The notes under the pieces are model-generated. The model made no database searches. It was not told the DNA's origin and saw nothing but the letters and a program-made list of their open reading frames with translations. Both the position numbers and the translations under genes were made by a program. DNA of 64,000 nucleotides from an uncultured virus (IMG/VR IMGVR_UViG_3300037488_001694) (Duplodnaviria > Heunggongvirae > Uroviricota > Caudoviricetes), in IMG/VR virus record IMGVR_UViG_3300037488_001694. One strand, 5' to 3'. How positions within the stretch are numbered: position 1 is the first letter of the stretch; every line of letters begins with the position of its first letter. This document shows, in pieces, positions 20,039-29,708 of this stretch.

Positions 20039-20108
20039 TCTCTAATTACTGAAAAAAAATTTTCAGAAAAAATTTGACAAAATGGGGGATTTTAATTATT
20101 CTTTAACT

Positions 20109-20282
20109 ATGGAAAAATCGGCAGTAGAATGGTTGGGTAAACAATTAACAATGTTGGATAAGAAAATTCCAATGTATGAGGTTATCCGAGATGGGTTAAT
20201 TGAACAGGCCAAACAAATGGAGAGTGATAATCTTGAGAGATTAAAGAACTTTGATACTTGGAAGGAGTGGAAAAATAAATAA
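20109..20282 (+). CDS. small hypothetical phage protein (SAVEWL...IEQAKQME)
   Basis: Start reassigned to MEKSAVEWL. Confidence 0.7.
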   Translation: MEKSAVEWLGKQLTMLDKKIPMYEVIRDGLIEQAKQMESDNLERLKNFDTWKEWKNK

Positions 20283-20296
20283 CTAATAATATACAT

Positions 20297-20551
20297 ATGA
20301 AAATTAAATTACACGCAGAGGAAACGTATACAACAACTGTATATCGTGAGAAGATGGAAATTGATACGGATAACTATCCTGAATTGGAGGGGATGACCGA
20401 AGATGAGATTGGTGATTACATTGATGATCATATATGGGACATGAAACCTGTGAACTCTGATCTATATGAATCACTTGGTGAGGAACTATTGGACAAGGAT
20501 ATTGATAGTGATCACATTGGTGGAGAGGAAACCATATTCTACGTTTCATAA
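20297..20551 (+). CDS. small acidic hypothetical protein
   Basis: 84-aa ORF followed by a terminator. Confidence 0.8.
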   Translation: MKIKLHAEETYTTTVYREKMEIDTDNYPELEGMTEDEIGDYIDDHIWDMKPVNSDLYESLGEELLDKDIDSDHIGGEETIFYVS

Positions 20552-20575
20552 GTTTAACAACTATATACTTCAACG

Positions 20576-20599
20576 ACCCCCATTTATTGGGGGTTTTTT
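20576..20599 (+). terminator. intrinsic terminator
   Basis: acccc(c)a...tgggggt plus T-run. Confidence 0.8.
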
Positions 20600-20631
20600 G
20601 TTTTGTGATATATTTATAAATAAAAAATATT

Positions 20632-21153
20632 ATGAAAAAAGTTATAAGATTGACAGAATCTGATTTATTGAGAATTGTAAAAAGGATTATTAAAGAGAAT
20701 GAGAACTCATCTGAGATTGATAAGGTCTTAGATAAGATAAATAAGTATGGGAAAGAATATTTAACTTTTAGGGAAAAACAAATTCTTGATGAACCTGACA
20801 ATACAGATTATAAATTTTTGGGTGGGGATAATGCACATGAGTTTATTTCATTACTTGTTAAAAATAATTTGGTTGATGTTGATGACATGATTATTTATGG
20901 TGAAAATGAGGTTATCTATGGACCTATGGATTTTGATAGTACTATTGAACTTGTTTTTATAACGAATAATTTGGAGAATGGTGTTGTTAGGTTTATGGCA
21001 TCAAAACATACCCCATATTATATAAATGATTTTGAAAATATTGAACGTAGAAAGGAGATGCTCAAAAAAATTCATATGGTAGAAGAATGGGGTCGTGTAT
21101 TAGGTATAGATTTTCAAGTTGATGGTATGTTGGATCTTAGTAAACCCCTTTAA
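20632..21153 (+). CDS. tagged protein with IDKVLDKI..YG.E.LT..EK motif
   Basis: MKKVIRLTESDL tag; the same subdomain occurs in 34945..35448; TATTTATA at 20611-20618. Confidence 0.85.
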   Translation: MKKVIRLTESDLLRIVKRIIKENENSSEIDKVLDKINKYGKEYLTFREKQILDEPDNTDYKFLGGDNAHEFISLLVKNNLVDVDDMIIYGENEVIYGPMDFDSTIELVFITNNLENGVVRFMASKHTPYYINDFENIERRKEMLKKIHMVEEWGRVLGIDFQVDGMLDLSKPL

Positions 21154-21164
21154 TATTTATTGAT

Positions 21165-21491
21165 ATGAAAATCATTATCACCGAAGAACAGTATAACAAA
21201 TTAATCTTAAGGAGAAGATTATCCGAAATAATGAATGAGGCATTAATGATGGTTGAAAATGGTGATGTTTTTTACGGTGATATTGACTTTTGTTACCATT
21301 ACCCCAAATTTTATACTTATATGGAAGGTATGGTTGATGACATTATAGATCAATATCATAATGAAACCGAATACAGCGTATCGGATTTTATCTATAATGA
21401 AATTGGTCTTGGAAACTTTATTAATATGTTGATTGATGAACACGGTGATGAGATTAGGGAGTTCTATGATTTAAAAACGGAAGATTGTTAA
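21165..21491 (+). CDS. tagged acidic helical paralog
   Basis: MKIIITEEQ tag plus LRRR. Confidence 0.85.
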   Translation: MKIIITEEQYNKLILRRRLSEIMNEALMMVENGDVFYGDIDFCYHYPKFYTYMEGMVDDIIDQYHNETEYSVSDFIYNEIGLGNFINMLIDEHGDEIREFYDLKTEDC

Positions 21492-21492
21492 T

Positions 21493-22149
21493 ATGAAAAT
21501 CATTATCACCGAATCACAGAAACATTTATTATGGTTAATGAGACGAATTGAGGACGATGAGTATCTTGATTATATTTGGCGATTAATTAAAGAAGGTTTT
21601 GATTTTGATGATCCATGTGAACATGAAAGTCCTGATGAATACTTGGAGGCGATATTATATGGAACCGTAACAACGTTTATCAATAGTTATGAAGAATTGT
21701 ATAATGTTTATCCCGCCGAAGTTTTTGATGAAATGTATGACTTTATTCATAATTTTATGAAAGAGAAATATGGTGACAAAATTAAATCCCATTATATATC
21801 TTATCGTGAAATATGTGATGAGATGGATGATGACGAAGAACAATTAAATGAAAATTTTAATCCTTATTCTTTAATCCCCCCTGATCTAAAAAGAAGGGTA
21901 ACTACCAGTGATCTTAAAAAGATGGGCAAACAAATGTTGGATATGGCCAATTATACTCCTGTCACAAATGATACATATGAAGAACGATTAAAAGGTCTCA
22001 TTCATTATATTATTAGGGAATTGGCATTGGATAAAACCAGTTATCAACTAACTGCAAAAATCATGAATATGTATGACAAACTTTATAATTATTTTAGGTA
22101 CGTATATGAGGATGAAATAAAAGAAATTTGGAGAGATTCTCTAAAATAG
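21493..22149 (+). CDS. tagged two-module acidic paralog
   Basis: MKIIITESQ tag; DPC motif; internal LNE junction. Confidence 0.85.
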   Translation: MKIIITESQKHLLWLMRRIEDDEYLDYIWRLIKEGFDFDDPCEHESPDEYLEAILYGTVTTFINSYEELYNVYPAEVFDEMYDFIHNFMKEKYGDKIKSHYISYREICDEMDDDEEQLNENFNPYSLIPPDLKRRVTTSDLKKMGKQMLDMANYTPVTNDTYEERLKGLIHYIIRELALDKTSYQLTAKIMNMYDKLYNYFRYVYEDEIKEIWRDSLK

Positions 22150-22173
22150 ATATATTTATAAATAAAAATTACT

Positions 22174-22503
22174 ATGAAACATATATTAAACAATTTAAGT
22201 TCCGAAGAAAAAAATAGCATTCGTGAACAATATGAAGGGGGAATGTCCGTTGACACTTCTAAATTTAGATCTTTATTGGAATCTAAATTGGGTGATGCAA
22301 AACCATTAATTAAAGAATCTGAAGAATTCGGAGACATTGATATGTCAAATTTACAAAATGAAATTAAAGATTTTGTGCTTACATATGGTAACGTATCTAA
22401 TAATGCAACGGATGATGAAATTATTGCCGATCTTTATAGTTTAAGAAATAGTGAAGACAGAGATATTAGTCATCAGGCAATAAGATTAACAAGAAGATTA
22501 TAA
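22174..22503 (+). CDS. tagged hypothetical protein
   Basis: MKHILNNLSSEEKNSIREQY tag variant. Confidence 0.85.
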   Translation: MKHILNNLSSEEKNSIREQYEGGMSVDTSKFRSLLESKLGDAKPLIKESEEFGDIDMSNLQNEIKDFVLTYGNVSNNATDDEIIADLYSLRNSEDRDISHQAIRLTRRL

Positions 22504-22527
22504 CCATAGAATAAAACAATTAAATTA

Positions 22528-22559
22528 AGCCCTACTTTTTAATAAGAGTGGGGTTTTTT
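22528..22559 (+). terminator. intrinsic terminator
   Basis: agccctact...agtggggtt plus T-run. Confidence 0.7.
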
Positions 22560-22664
22560 ATGCCATATTATTAAAAATTCTGCCTTTTTAATGGGGGCCG
22601 GAACCCCGACCCGACTTCGTCGGTGTTTTTTGACATTACGGTTTTTTTGTATTATTATTTGTAT

Positions 22665-23147
22665 ATGAAAAAAAACGTAATGATATTAACTGACAAACAA
22701 TTAAGAAAAACTGACGAGACCCTTAAAGATTTTAAAACTTTAATGATAAGGTATCGTGAAGTTAAGGGTGATGACGAAAAACTTAAATCGTTCTTAACAA
22801 GAAATAGAAATCCACTTTGGGACCTAACAAATTGTAAGTATTTTAAAACGGGTCTTATGTCTGAGGAATCAAGAAAAAAACCTAATAAAAATTTGGTTGA
22901 TGATCATTACATACAGAGATCTAAAGGATTAAGATTTGTCTTTGAAGAATTGGACAAAAATGTTGATATGAATTTGGAGACATTTATTGAGGTCGTTAAA
23001 AAATACTCCTCTACCGTTAAGTTAACCAAGGACGAACATAAAGTAGTCACATCTTTTAATAAAAAGAACCCATCTTATTTAAATTACGAAACATATTTGG
23101 CTTGTAACATTAAAGTTGAGGGTTTATCTGATATAATTTTAAAATAA
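22665..23147 (+). CDS. hypothetical protein (possible degenerate HNH-like: DDH...EH)
   Basis: ORF; start reassigned to MKKNVMIL. Confidence 0.7.
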   Translation: MKKNVMILTDKQLRKTDETLKDFKTLMIRYREVKGDDEKLKSFLTRNRNPLWDLTNCKYFKTGLMSEESRKKPNKNLVDDHYIQRSKGLRFVFEELDKNVDMNLETFIEVVKKYSSTVKLTKDEHKVVTSFNKKNPSYLNYETYLACNIKVEGLSDIILK

Positions 23148-23163
23148 TTTGTATATTTGTGTT

Positions 23164-23406
23164 ATGAAAAAAATATTTTTAGCAATGTGTATTACCGTAA
23201 TCGGGATTACGTTAATCGGGTGTCACAAAGACCCACAAGCAATGAGCACTGAAGGTAATGATATTCAGGTGGAATTTTTATTTGAGAAAGATGGTGTGAA
23301 AGTTTATCGTTTTCATGACGGTCGTTATCATTATTTCACAACAAGAGGTGAGACAATGACAACTTATAAATCAGATAAAACAAATTTCGAAGAAAATATA
23401 CAATAA
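23164..23406 (+). CDS. small lipoprotein (DUF4884-like)
   Basis: Signal ending LIGC; VEFLFEKDGVKVYRF.DG..HYFT; TATATTTG at 23152-23159. Confidence 0.75.
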   Translation: MKKIFLAMCITVIGITLIGCHKDPQAMSTEGNDIQVEFLFEKDGVKVYRFHDGRYHYFTTRGETMTTYKSDKTNFEENIQ

Positions 23407-23407
23407 T

Positions 23408-23554
23408 ATGGAAAGAATTGGAATTATAGTTGCGGGAATTGTTACGTGTTTTTTGTTGGTTACCTTTTTACCCCCATTTGTAACATATCTTATTGGTTGT
23501 TATCAGATTGGATCTTGGATTGGCAACTTAATTCACAATAAATTAAACAATTAA
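23408..23554 (+). CDS. small membrane protein (48 aa), not in ORF track
   Basis: MERIGIIVAGIVTCFLLVTFLPPFVTYLIGCYQIGSWIG. Confidence 0.6.
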   Translation: MERIGIIVAGIVTCFLLVTFLPPFVTYLIGCYQIGSWIGNLIHNKLNN

Positions 23555-23589
23555 TCATTTTGTGGTGGTATTTATAATAAAATACTACT

Positions 23590-24018
23590 ATGGAAAAATT
23601 AAATTTTAATGAAATGTTAAACAAGTGTTGGGAAACTGCACTTGGTATGACAAAAATGGCAAAACTTTATCAGGGTTCATCCCCTCATGATCTAAGTTTT
23701 ATTCATTGTATCTTTAGAGGTAACGATCAATATGCAACGATTATGGTAAATTGTACTGCCGAAGGGAAAATTAGCGTACAAACCGTTGATAGTCCTTACT
23801 TGGATGATTTGGTTATTCATCCGCCACTTCAAATGACACAAGAGGAATCTGAACAATATTTGATTGATGCTGGTTATACAGGTCGTTGGTCAGTTGTTTT
23901 GTTGAGAGCTCCGTTGTATTCGGTTAAGTATCCACCACTTTATATCTATACTGTGGAAAATGTTGGATACATTGCCGTCGATTCAACGGACGGAACAAAT
24001 GTTTTTCAATTGTATTAA
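23590..24018 (+). CDS. hypothetical protein
   Basis: 142-aa ORF between TATTTATA and a terminator. Confidence 0.85.
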   Translation: MEKLNFNEMLNKCWETALGMTKMAKLYQGSSPHDLSFIHCIFRGNDQYATIMVNCTAEGKISVQTVDSPYLDDLVIHPPLQMTQEESEQYLIDAGYTGRWSVVLLRAPLYSVKYPPLYIYTVENVGYIAVDSTDGTNVFQLY

Positions 24019-24023
24019 AATTA

Positions 24024-24047
24024 ACCCCCAATTATGGGGGTTTTTTT
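24024..24047 (+). terminator. intrinsic terminator
   Basis: aacccca/tggggtt plus T-run. Confidence 0.85.
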
Positions 24048-24079
24048 ATTTATGAATATATTTATAAATAAAAATTATC

Positions 24080-24940
24080 ATGAAAAAAGTAATAAGATTA
24101 ACTGAATCCGATTTGGCTCGTATCGTTAAACGAGTTATCATGGAAAAAACCATGGCACCTGAACCTGTGGTTGGTGGATCACGTACTATAAAAATTTATT
24201 TTACAAAAGAAGGTGATTCTATTTTACATCCTCAAACAATTTCGGAAATTAAAGATTGGTTAAGACCTTATATTAAAAGTTCAATGCCAACAATCAAACA
24301 ATTTTATAAAGATCGCCAATTTAAATTACCTAAATTTATTACCGTTGGTGCTAGTACCACAAGTGGGGGAAGTTATGAGGCAAACTCAAAGGTTGCTCAA
24401 GGTAGATTATATGCGGTTCTTAATGTAGTAAGAGAATTATTAGCGGAAATGGGGATTAATCAAGAAATGGCCCAAAGATTTGTTACAACAAATACAAACT
24501 ATAATTATACCCCAACATCCGTTGATGCTAATCTTTTTGATAGAAAAAGTGTGAAACCTATGGATAAAGAAAGATTTGCTTATATTACTGTAAATGAATT
24601 GAATACTGTTGGTTTAGGTAAAACCCAAATTGGAAATCTTGAAGATACTATGTTGATTGCAAGAGGTTACAACATCAATCCTGATGAAGAAGGTATTGCA
24701 AAAGCAATTTGTAAATTACAAACATATTCTGATATAACAGATTTGGATTATGAATTAAGAAGTTATGGTGGTCTACAAGGATTTATTAATCAAACCATTA
24801 CCGATGGGTTTACATCTTATGATAGTGACACACAAGAAAGAACACAAATTAAATTTTGTTTGAATAGAGCGTCAAAAACAAGTGGTAAAGGAGATATTGC
24901 AGCAATTGCTGGTGATAAACTTACACTAATAATAAAATAA
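24080..24940 (+). CDS. tagged hypothetical protein (OmpA-C-like pattern, tentative)
   Basis: MKKVIRLTESDLARIVKRVIME tag; ITVGAST...NSKVAQGR...R pattern. Confidence 0.75.
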   Translation: MKKVIRLTESDLARIVKRVIMEKTMAPEPVVGGSRTIKIYFTKEGDSILHPQTISEIKDWLRPYIKSSMPTIKQFYKDRQFKLPKFITVGASTTSGGSYEANSKVAQGRLYAVLNVVRELLAEMGINQEMAQRFVTTNTNYNYTPTSVDANLFDRKSVKPMDKERFAYITVNELNTVGLGKTQIGNLEDTMLIARGYNINPDEEGIAKAICKLQTYSDITDLDYELRSYGGLQGFINQTITDGFTSYDSDTQERTQIKFCLNRASKTSGKGDIAAIAGDKLTLIIK

Positions 24941-24960
24941 ATTTTATTTATATAAAAATT

Positions 24961-24987
24961 AACCCCACCTCATCAGTGGGGTTTTTT
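24961..24987 (+). terminator. intrinsic terminator
   Basis: aaccccac/gtggggtt plus T-run. Confidence 0.85.
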
Positions 24988-25009
24988 GTTTTATATAGTA
25001 TTTATTATT

Positions 25010-25369
25010 ATGAAACTAAATGAATCAGATATCAAAAGAATTATTAAGGAGGTGATCTCTGAAGGATCATTTAATTCCCTAAGAAGAAAAGAAGGGTGGA
25101 AAATAACTGAAATGAATATTTTTGCCACAATTATTAATGAAATAGTTGATCAACTTCAGGTACAAGATTATGATGTTGATGATTATAATGGACTTGGTAG
25201 TCCAATTCCTGAATATATTAAACCATATTTGGATGATGTTGCCGATGTTTTAAATAAAAATGACTTCCAAATGATAATATGGGACAGAATTATTAATGAG
25301 GTGGCTGACGATGATGATATATTTAGAATTGTGGAAAAAATTCAAAATGATCTTGACCAAAATTCATAG
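25010..25369 (+). CDS. tagged acidic protein
   Basis: Start reassigned to MKLNESDIKRIIKEVISE. Confidence 0.85.
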   Translation: MKLNESDIKRIIKEVISEGSFNSLRRKEGWKITEMNIFATIINEIVDQLQVQDYDVDDYNGLGSPIPEYIKPYLDDVADVLNKNDFQMIIWDRIINEVADDDDIFRIVEKIQNDLDQNS

Positions 25370-25371
25370 AA

Positions 25372-25698
25372 ATGATAATCATTATAACCGAAAATCAAAA
25401 CTATGTTCTTAGACGACTACAACAATTTATTGAGATTGTTGAAGATCAGATTGAAGGGTACGAACTAAATGAAGATGGTTCTTGGTGGTGTGACACTTAT
25501 AACCCAAATACATTTTTTGATAATCTTAGAGACAGATCTATTGAGGAGTTTACCAGTCAAAATTGGAATTTTTTTCACAATCATTCCGAAAATGGCGGAT
25601 CAGATATGGATCTTGGTTTTTTATATAGAATTGTTGAAGAAAATTACGGTAATTATATTAGAAATCTTTTTGTCCGTAAATGTGGAAGACAATACTAA
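25372..25698 (+). CDS. tagged acidic helical paralog
   Basis: MIIIITENQ tag plus LRR. Confidence 0.85.
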   Translation: MIIIITENQNYVLRRLQQFIEIVEDQIEGYELNEDGSWWCDTYNPNTFFDNLRDRSIEEFTSQNWNFFHNHSENGGSDMDLGFLYRIVEENYGNYIRNLFVRKCGRQY

Positions 25699-25726
25699 AC
25701 ATTTGAATATTTATAAATAAAACAAT

Positions 25727-26320
25727 ATGAAAAATTTAATTTTAAATGTCTTATCCTCTTTAGGGTTTGAAAAAAAAGAAACATCTGCGGAACACGCATT
25801 AAAAGTTTACAATGGAAAATTTGCTTTTTGTGGTGCATCAGGCGCTGAACCAACAGGTAGAATGATTGAAGTTCAAGGTAGAAAATTTAGAGAAGGTCGT
25901 TCTGTATGTCCTGTGATGAACGGAACATCAATTGCTAACGTTAAATTGGTTCCAGATCCATCAATTACCCCTGACGGGACAGAAGATACAGTATGGTCAT
26001 TCTTTTGGTATTATGATGAAGTTCCACAAGCACCAACTTGGGAAACATTACCAACAGTTAATCGTTCATTTGTGATCGGTGAAGGTGAGAGTAACCAAAT
26101 GAGTAATATGTTCTGTATGCCATGTAGGATATTCAAAACTGAAAATGGTGTTGAGTTATCAGAATGTTTTGGGCCACTTAACGAAGCGGCAATTCCATTA
26201 CGTAAAGCAATTAGAGTACATCCAGGTCAGACCTCAATTACTCAAGCGCCGGTAGGAGCTCCATATCCTGTAGGAACAATAATCCCAGCGGTTGATGCAA
26301 TTAAAACAGAATTATTATGA
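25727..26320 (+). CDS. Cys-containing hypothetical protein
   Basis: 197-aa ORF after TATTTATA. Confidence 0.85.
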   Translation: MKNLILNVLSSLGFEKKETSAEHALKVYNGKFAFCGASGAEPTGRMIEVQGRKFREGRSVCPVMNGTSIANVKLVPDPSITPDGTEDTVWSFFWYYDEVPQAPTWETLPTVNRSFVIGEGESNQMSNMFCMPCRIFKTENGVELSECFGPLNEAAIPLRKAIRVHPGQTSITQAPVGAPYPVGTIIPAVDAIKTELL

Positions 26321-26754
26321 AAAAAACAATTAGATTGACGGAGTCACAATTGACCAAACTTATTAAACGTGTTATTACCGAAAGTTCGTATGAAAAAATA
26401 GAAAACATTAAAAATAATATAAGTAAGACAAAAGATAGTGACTGTTGGAAAAAAGGAATGTGTCCGGTTCAACACGGTGAGGGAGAGATTGTATGTGAGT
26501 TTTGTCCTAGCCCAATTGCCGGTATATTAATACCAACTATTGGAGCAATTGCCGGAGCAATTATTATAATTAGAAACAATAGAGAAAGAAAAATAAGAGA
26601 AGAACAAGAACAAAAATGGATTAATGAAAATCCTGTACTCAAGGATAGAAATTTTATTTATTTTACTGATGGTAGTGTTCAGGCGGTAAGAATAGGTACC
26701 TTAAATGATATAATGATAAAACCAAAAGATGGATCTTGGATTAAATTAAAATAA
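26317..26754 (+). CDS. tagged membrane protein
   Basis: MKKTIRLTESQL tag; one TM helix; Cys cluster. Confidence 0.8.
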   Translation: MKKTIRLTESQLTKLIKRVITESSYEKIENIKNNISKTKDSDCWKKGMCPVQHGEGEIVCEFCPSPIAGILIPTIGAIAGAIIIIRNNRERKIREEQEQKWINENPVLKDRNFIYFTDGSVQAVRIGTLNDIMIKPKDGSWIKLK

Positions 26755-26767
26755 ATTAAAATATATT

Positions 26768-27046
26768 ATGAAAAAAACTATTAGATTATCAGAATCAGAA
26801 TTATCAAACCTCATCAAAAGAGTTGTTAAAGAAAATGTTGACAACAGACCTGATGAATTTTATTCACACATAAATGAACTTATTAATTATGAGTATGGTG
26901 ACATGGACCCAAGAGACGCAATTGACGTATTAGAAAATATTATCTCATCTCTTAGAGCCAGACAACATAGAGAAAAAACTGGATCCAAATTTATTAACAA
27001 AGATGATGTTATGAAAAATTGGAATATGAATGAAGATGAAAATTAA
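26768..27046 (+). CDS. tagged hypothetical protein
   Basis: MKKTIRLSESELSNLIKRVVKE tag. Confidence 0.85.
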   Translation: MKKTIRLSESELSNLIKRVVKENVDNRPDEFYSHINELINYEYGDMDPRDAIDVLENIISSLRARQHREKTGSKFINKDDVMKNWNMNEDEN

Positions 27047-27065
27047 TTATATGTAACTTATTATT

Positions 27066-27092
27066 AAACCCTCACAATCGTGGGGGTTTTTT
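27066..27092 (+). terminator. intrinsic terminator
   Basis: aaaccctcac/gtgggggttt plus T-run. Confidence 0.85.
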
Positions 27093-27113
27093 ATTTTACG
27101 TATATTTATTTAT

Positions 27114-27431
27114 ATGAAAATCATAATAACCGAGGATCAAAATATCTTATTAAGACGTTACGAACAAATTAAAAATGAAATTTATAACGTAATGGATGGA
27201 AAAGATCCTTGTTGGTATCAAGCATATGAAAATTTTGATAGATTTCTTAGATCAACTTTAAGTAATGCAATTAATGAGGTGTTATATAACAATCATAATA
27301 TGACAGTTGAACCAAGAATATGGACAAATTTCAGAAATGAGTTACTATATGAATTGGGAGACGAAATAAGAGATTATTACAATAAATTTATAGAAAAAGA
27401 ATGTCCACAAAATGAAAATAATAATAACTGA
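27114..27431 (+). CDS. tagged acidic helical paralog
   Basis: MKIIITEDQ tag, LRRY, DPC. Confidence 0.85.
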   Translation: MKIIITEDQNILLRRYEQIKNEIYNVMDGKDPCWYQAYENFDRFLRSTLSNAINEVLYNNHNMTVEPRIWTNFRNELLYELGDEIRDYYNKFIEKECPQNENNNN

Positions 27432-27750
27432 AAAACAGAATAAAGAAATTCTTAAAAGATTAAGAAGAATAGAAGAACTTAGAGAAAGTATTGAGTTCCA
27501 AACCGAAATTCACGATCCTTGTGATAGGGGGTTTTTTCCTGATGCCGAATCTTATGCTGAATTTTGTATTGATGAAGCATTATGTTTTTTTTATAAGGAT
27601 GAAGATTGCGGAGATGATGAAGATGATTATTATGATGATGAAGAAAATGATGAAGATGATTATTCCGATAGAGAAGAAATTGAAGAATTAATGTATAAAG
27701 AATTTGAAGATTACTTAAAAGAGTTATGGGAAACCGCCGAATGTGATTAA
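27412..27750 (+). CDS. tagged very acidic paralog
   Basis: MKIIITEKQ tag, LRRI, DPC, D/E tract. Confidence 0.85.
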   Translation: MKIIITEKQNKEILKRLRRIEELRESIEFQTEIHDPCDRGFFPDAESYAEFCIDEALCFFYKDEDCGDDEDDYYDDEENDEDDYSDREEIEELMYKEFEDYLKELWETAECD

Positions 27751-27757
27751 ATAGATA

Positions 27758-27784
27758 TAAACCCACCTCATCGGTGGGTTTTTT
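27758..27784 (+). terminator. intrinsic terminator
   Basis: aaacccacc/ggtgggttt plus T-run. Confidence 0.85.
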
Positions 27785-27806
27785 ATTTAACAATATATTT
27801 ATTAAT

Positions 27807-28502
27807 ATGAAAAAGTTTATTATAACGGAATCTGAAAAAGAATCCATAAAAAATATGTATGATCTAAAAGAGGATGGGTCATTGGTTGATTCATCTGTGG
27901 ATGCGTTTAAAAAACTTTTATCAATGTTGGGTGATACATTTAAATCAAAAGATGTAAACAAACCTACACCCACCAAAAAAGACGTTTACAATGGACCTAA
28001 AGGTGTTTTAGGGTCTGAGTGGAAGTCGTGTAAGGCTTGGAGATCAAAAGGTGGTTTGGGATCATTTAGTGAAAACGTTCATGTTGACAAAAGTTCAAGT
28101 CAATTTAAGATAAGTTACACAGGACCATCGTCAGGATTGAGTATTGCTCACGCTGCAAATGGTAAAGATACAATACACCAACTATATAATATTTTAATAT
28201 GTGAGTTAAACCCACTTTTATATGAGGGAAATCTTAAACCAAACATTGATAATATAAAAACTGAAGGTGGTAAAACAGGTAAAAAATCAACATTAACAAT
28301 TACCGTACCGTTAGAACATTCTGAAGATACTTATCAACTTGACAGAAGAGGAGGTTGGGGTCATGACCCTGGATCCTCTAAAATGGCAAACAAATGTTCT
28401 GAAATAAAATCAAAAGGAGGTAAATGTTTTGGACCCGTTAAAAATGTTGTTCAAGCAAGATTTGGTAAGATAACAGAATATTTCATTACATATACTATAT
28501 GA
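27807..28502 (+). CDS. tagged hypothetical protein
   Basis: Start reassigned to MKKFIITESEKESIKNMY. Confidence 0.85.
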   Translation: MKKFIITESEKESIKNMYDLKEDGSLVDSSVDAFKKLLSMLGDTFKSKDVNKPTPTKKDVYNGPKGVLGSEWKSCKAWRSKGGLGSFSENVHVDKSSSQFKISYTGPSSGLSIAHAANGKDTIHQLYNILICELNPLLYEGNLKPNIDNIKTEGGKTGKKSTLTITVPLEHSEDTYQLDRRGGWGHDPGSSKMANKCSEIKSKGGKCFGPVKNVVQARFGKITEYFITYTI

Positions 28503-29317
28503 AAATTATTGTAACGGAAAATCAAAATAAATTCATCAGGAGATACCAACAAATCCAAAGTGGTATTTGGGATTTTGTATTAAGGAATAGATTAAATGTG
28601 TTTCATAAGTTTGATGATTTTTTAGTTGAGCTTTCTTGGGATGTTGCAAATGATGTTATTAGAGATATGAATATCCCCGAAAAAGATCGTGTAATATTTA
28701 GAAATCAATTAATACTTTTTATTAAAAATAATTTTTACACAGAGTTAAAAGAGTTTTGGGATAGGAATAATCCTTTGAATGAAAGTAAAAACATACCATC
28801 GGGGTTACGTAGAAGAATTAATAAATTTGAGGAAGAATTAAATACAACATTAAGAGAGTCAGATCCTTGTGAATATGCAAGATTTAATCAATATAAAAGA
28901 GGAATTATGAATTACACCTTAACTCCTTTTTTAACTGATGAAAATATAAGTTTGGATTCCGACGAAAATTATTTTGAAATAAGAAATTATCTAATAAAAA
29001 TTTTTGAAAATAAGATAAGAGAACATTATGATGTGTATAGTGAAATGAATTGTCCTGACGATCCTGAAATTGTAACTGAATCTTTAACCGACTTAATGTT
29101 AAGAAGAAGATATGATGATATTAAATCTTGGGTTAGATCAGATTATAATTTTTTATTGGACAGCGGAGAAACCCCTAAGCGGGCAAAAGAAATGACATTA
29201 GACCATTCTGCAGGAACATATTTAGATGATGAGGATAATGAAATTGAATTTACCGGCAAAAATTTTGAAAAGTTAAGTATTTTTATTAAAGATAATTTTG
29301 AAGATTTTATAAGTTAA
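28499..29317 (+). CDS. tagged three-module acidic paralog
   Basis: MKIIVTENQ tag; three RR(R)Y/I modules separated by LNE and VTE. Confidence 0.88.
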   Translation: MKIIVTENQNKFIRRYQQIQSGIWDFVLRNRLNVFHKFDDFLVELSWDVANDVIRDMNIPEKDRVIFRNQLILFIKNNFYTELKEFWDRNNPLNESKNIPSGLRRRINKFEEELNTTLRESDPCEYARFNQYKRGIMNYTLTPFLTDENISLDSDENYFEIRNYLIKIFENKIREHYDVYSEMNCPDDPEIVTESLTDLMLRRRYDDIKSWVRSDYNFLLDSGETPKRAKEMTLDHSAGTYLDDEDNEIEFTGKNFEKLSIFIKDNFEDFIS

Positions 29318-29318
29318 T

Positions 29319-29678
29319 ATGAAAATAATAATTACAGAATCCCAACACGAACTTATTCGTAGATATGGTAAACTAAAAGAACTGGTTGAAAATGGTATTG
29401 ATGTTATAAATCAAGATGCGGATTTATGTGATTATACTTTTTCCGAATTTTTGGCCGAAGTTTCTTGGCAAGTTTCGGATAATATGGATGAATTAAATGT
29501 GGACACAGAAACCTTGGGTTCAGTAGAGAAAGTACATAGATGGGTTAGGAATAATTTCAATTCTTATATAAGAGAGGAGTTTGATAGATTAATAGATACA
29601 CATAATTGTGATGAAGGATTTGACGATGCCGATGAGGATCACTTATCAAGTTTAATGTTTGGTGTTGATAATAACTAA
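29319..29678 (+). CDS. tagged acidic helical paralog
   Basis: MKIIITESQ tag; FLAEVSWQV similar to FLVELSWDV in 28499. Confidence 0.85.
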   Translation: MKIIITESQHELIRRYGKLKELVENGIDVINQDADLCDYTFSEFLAEVSWQVSDNMDELNVDTETLGSVEKVHRWVRNNFNSYIREEFDRLIDTHNCDEGFDDADEDHLSSLMFGVDNN

Positions 29679-29708
29679 ATGATAAAGTATTTATAATAAA
29701 ACATCATA

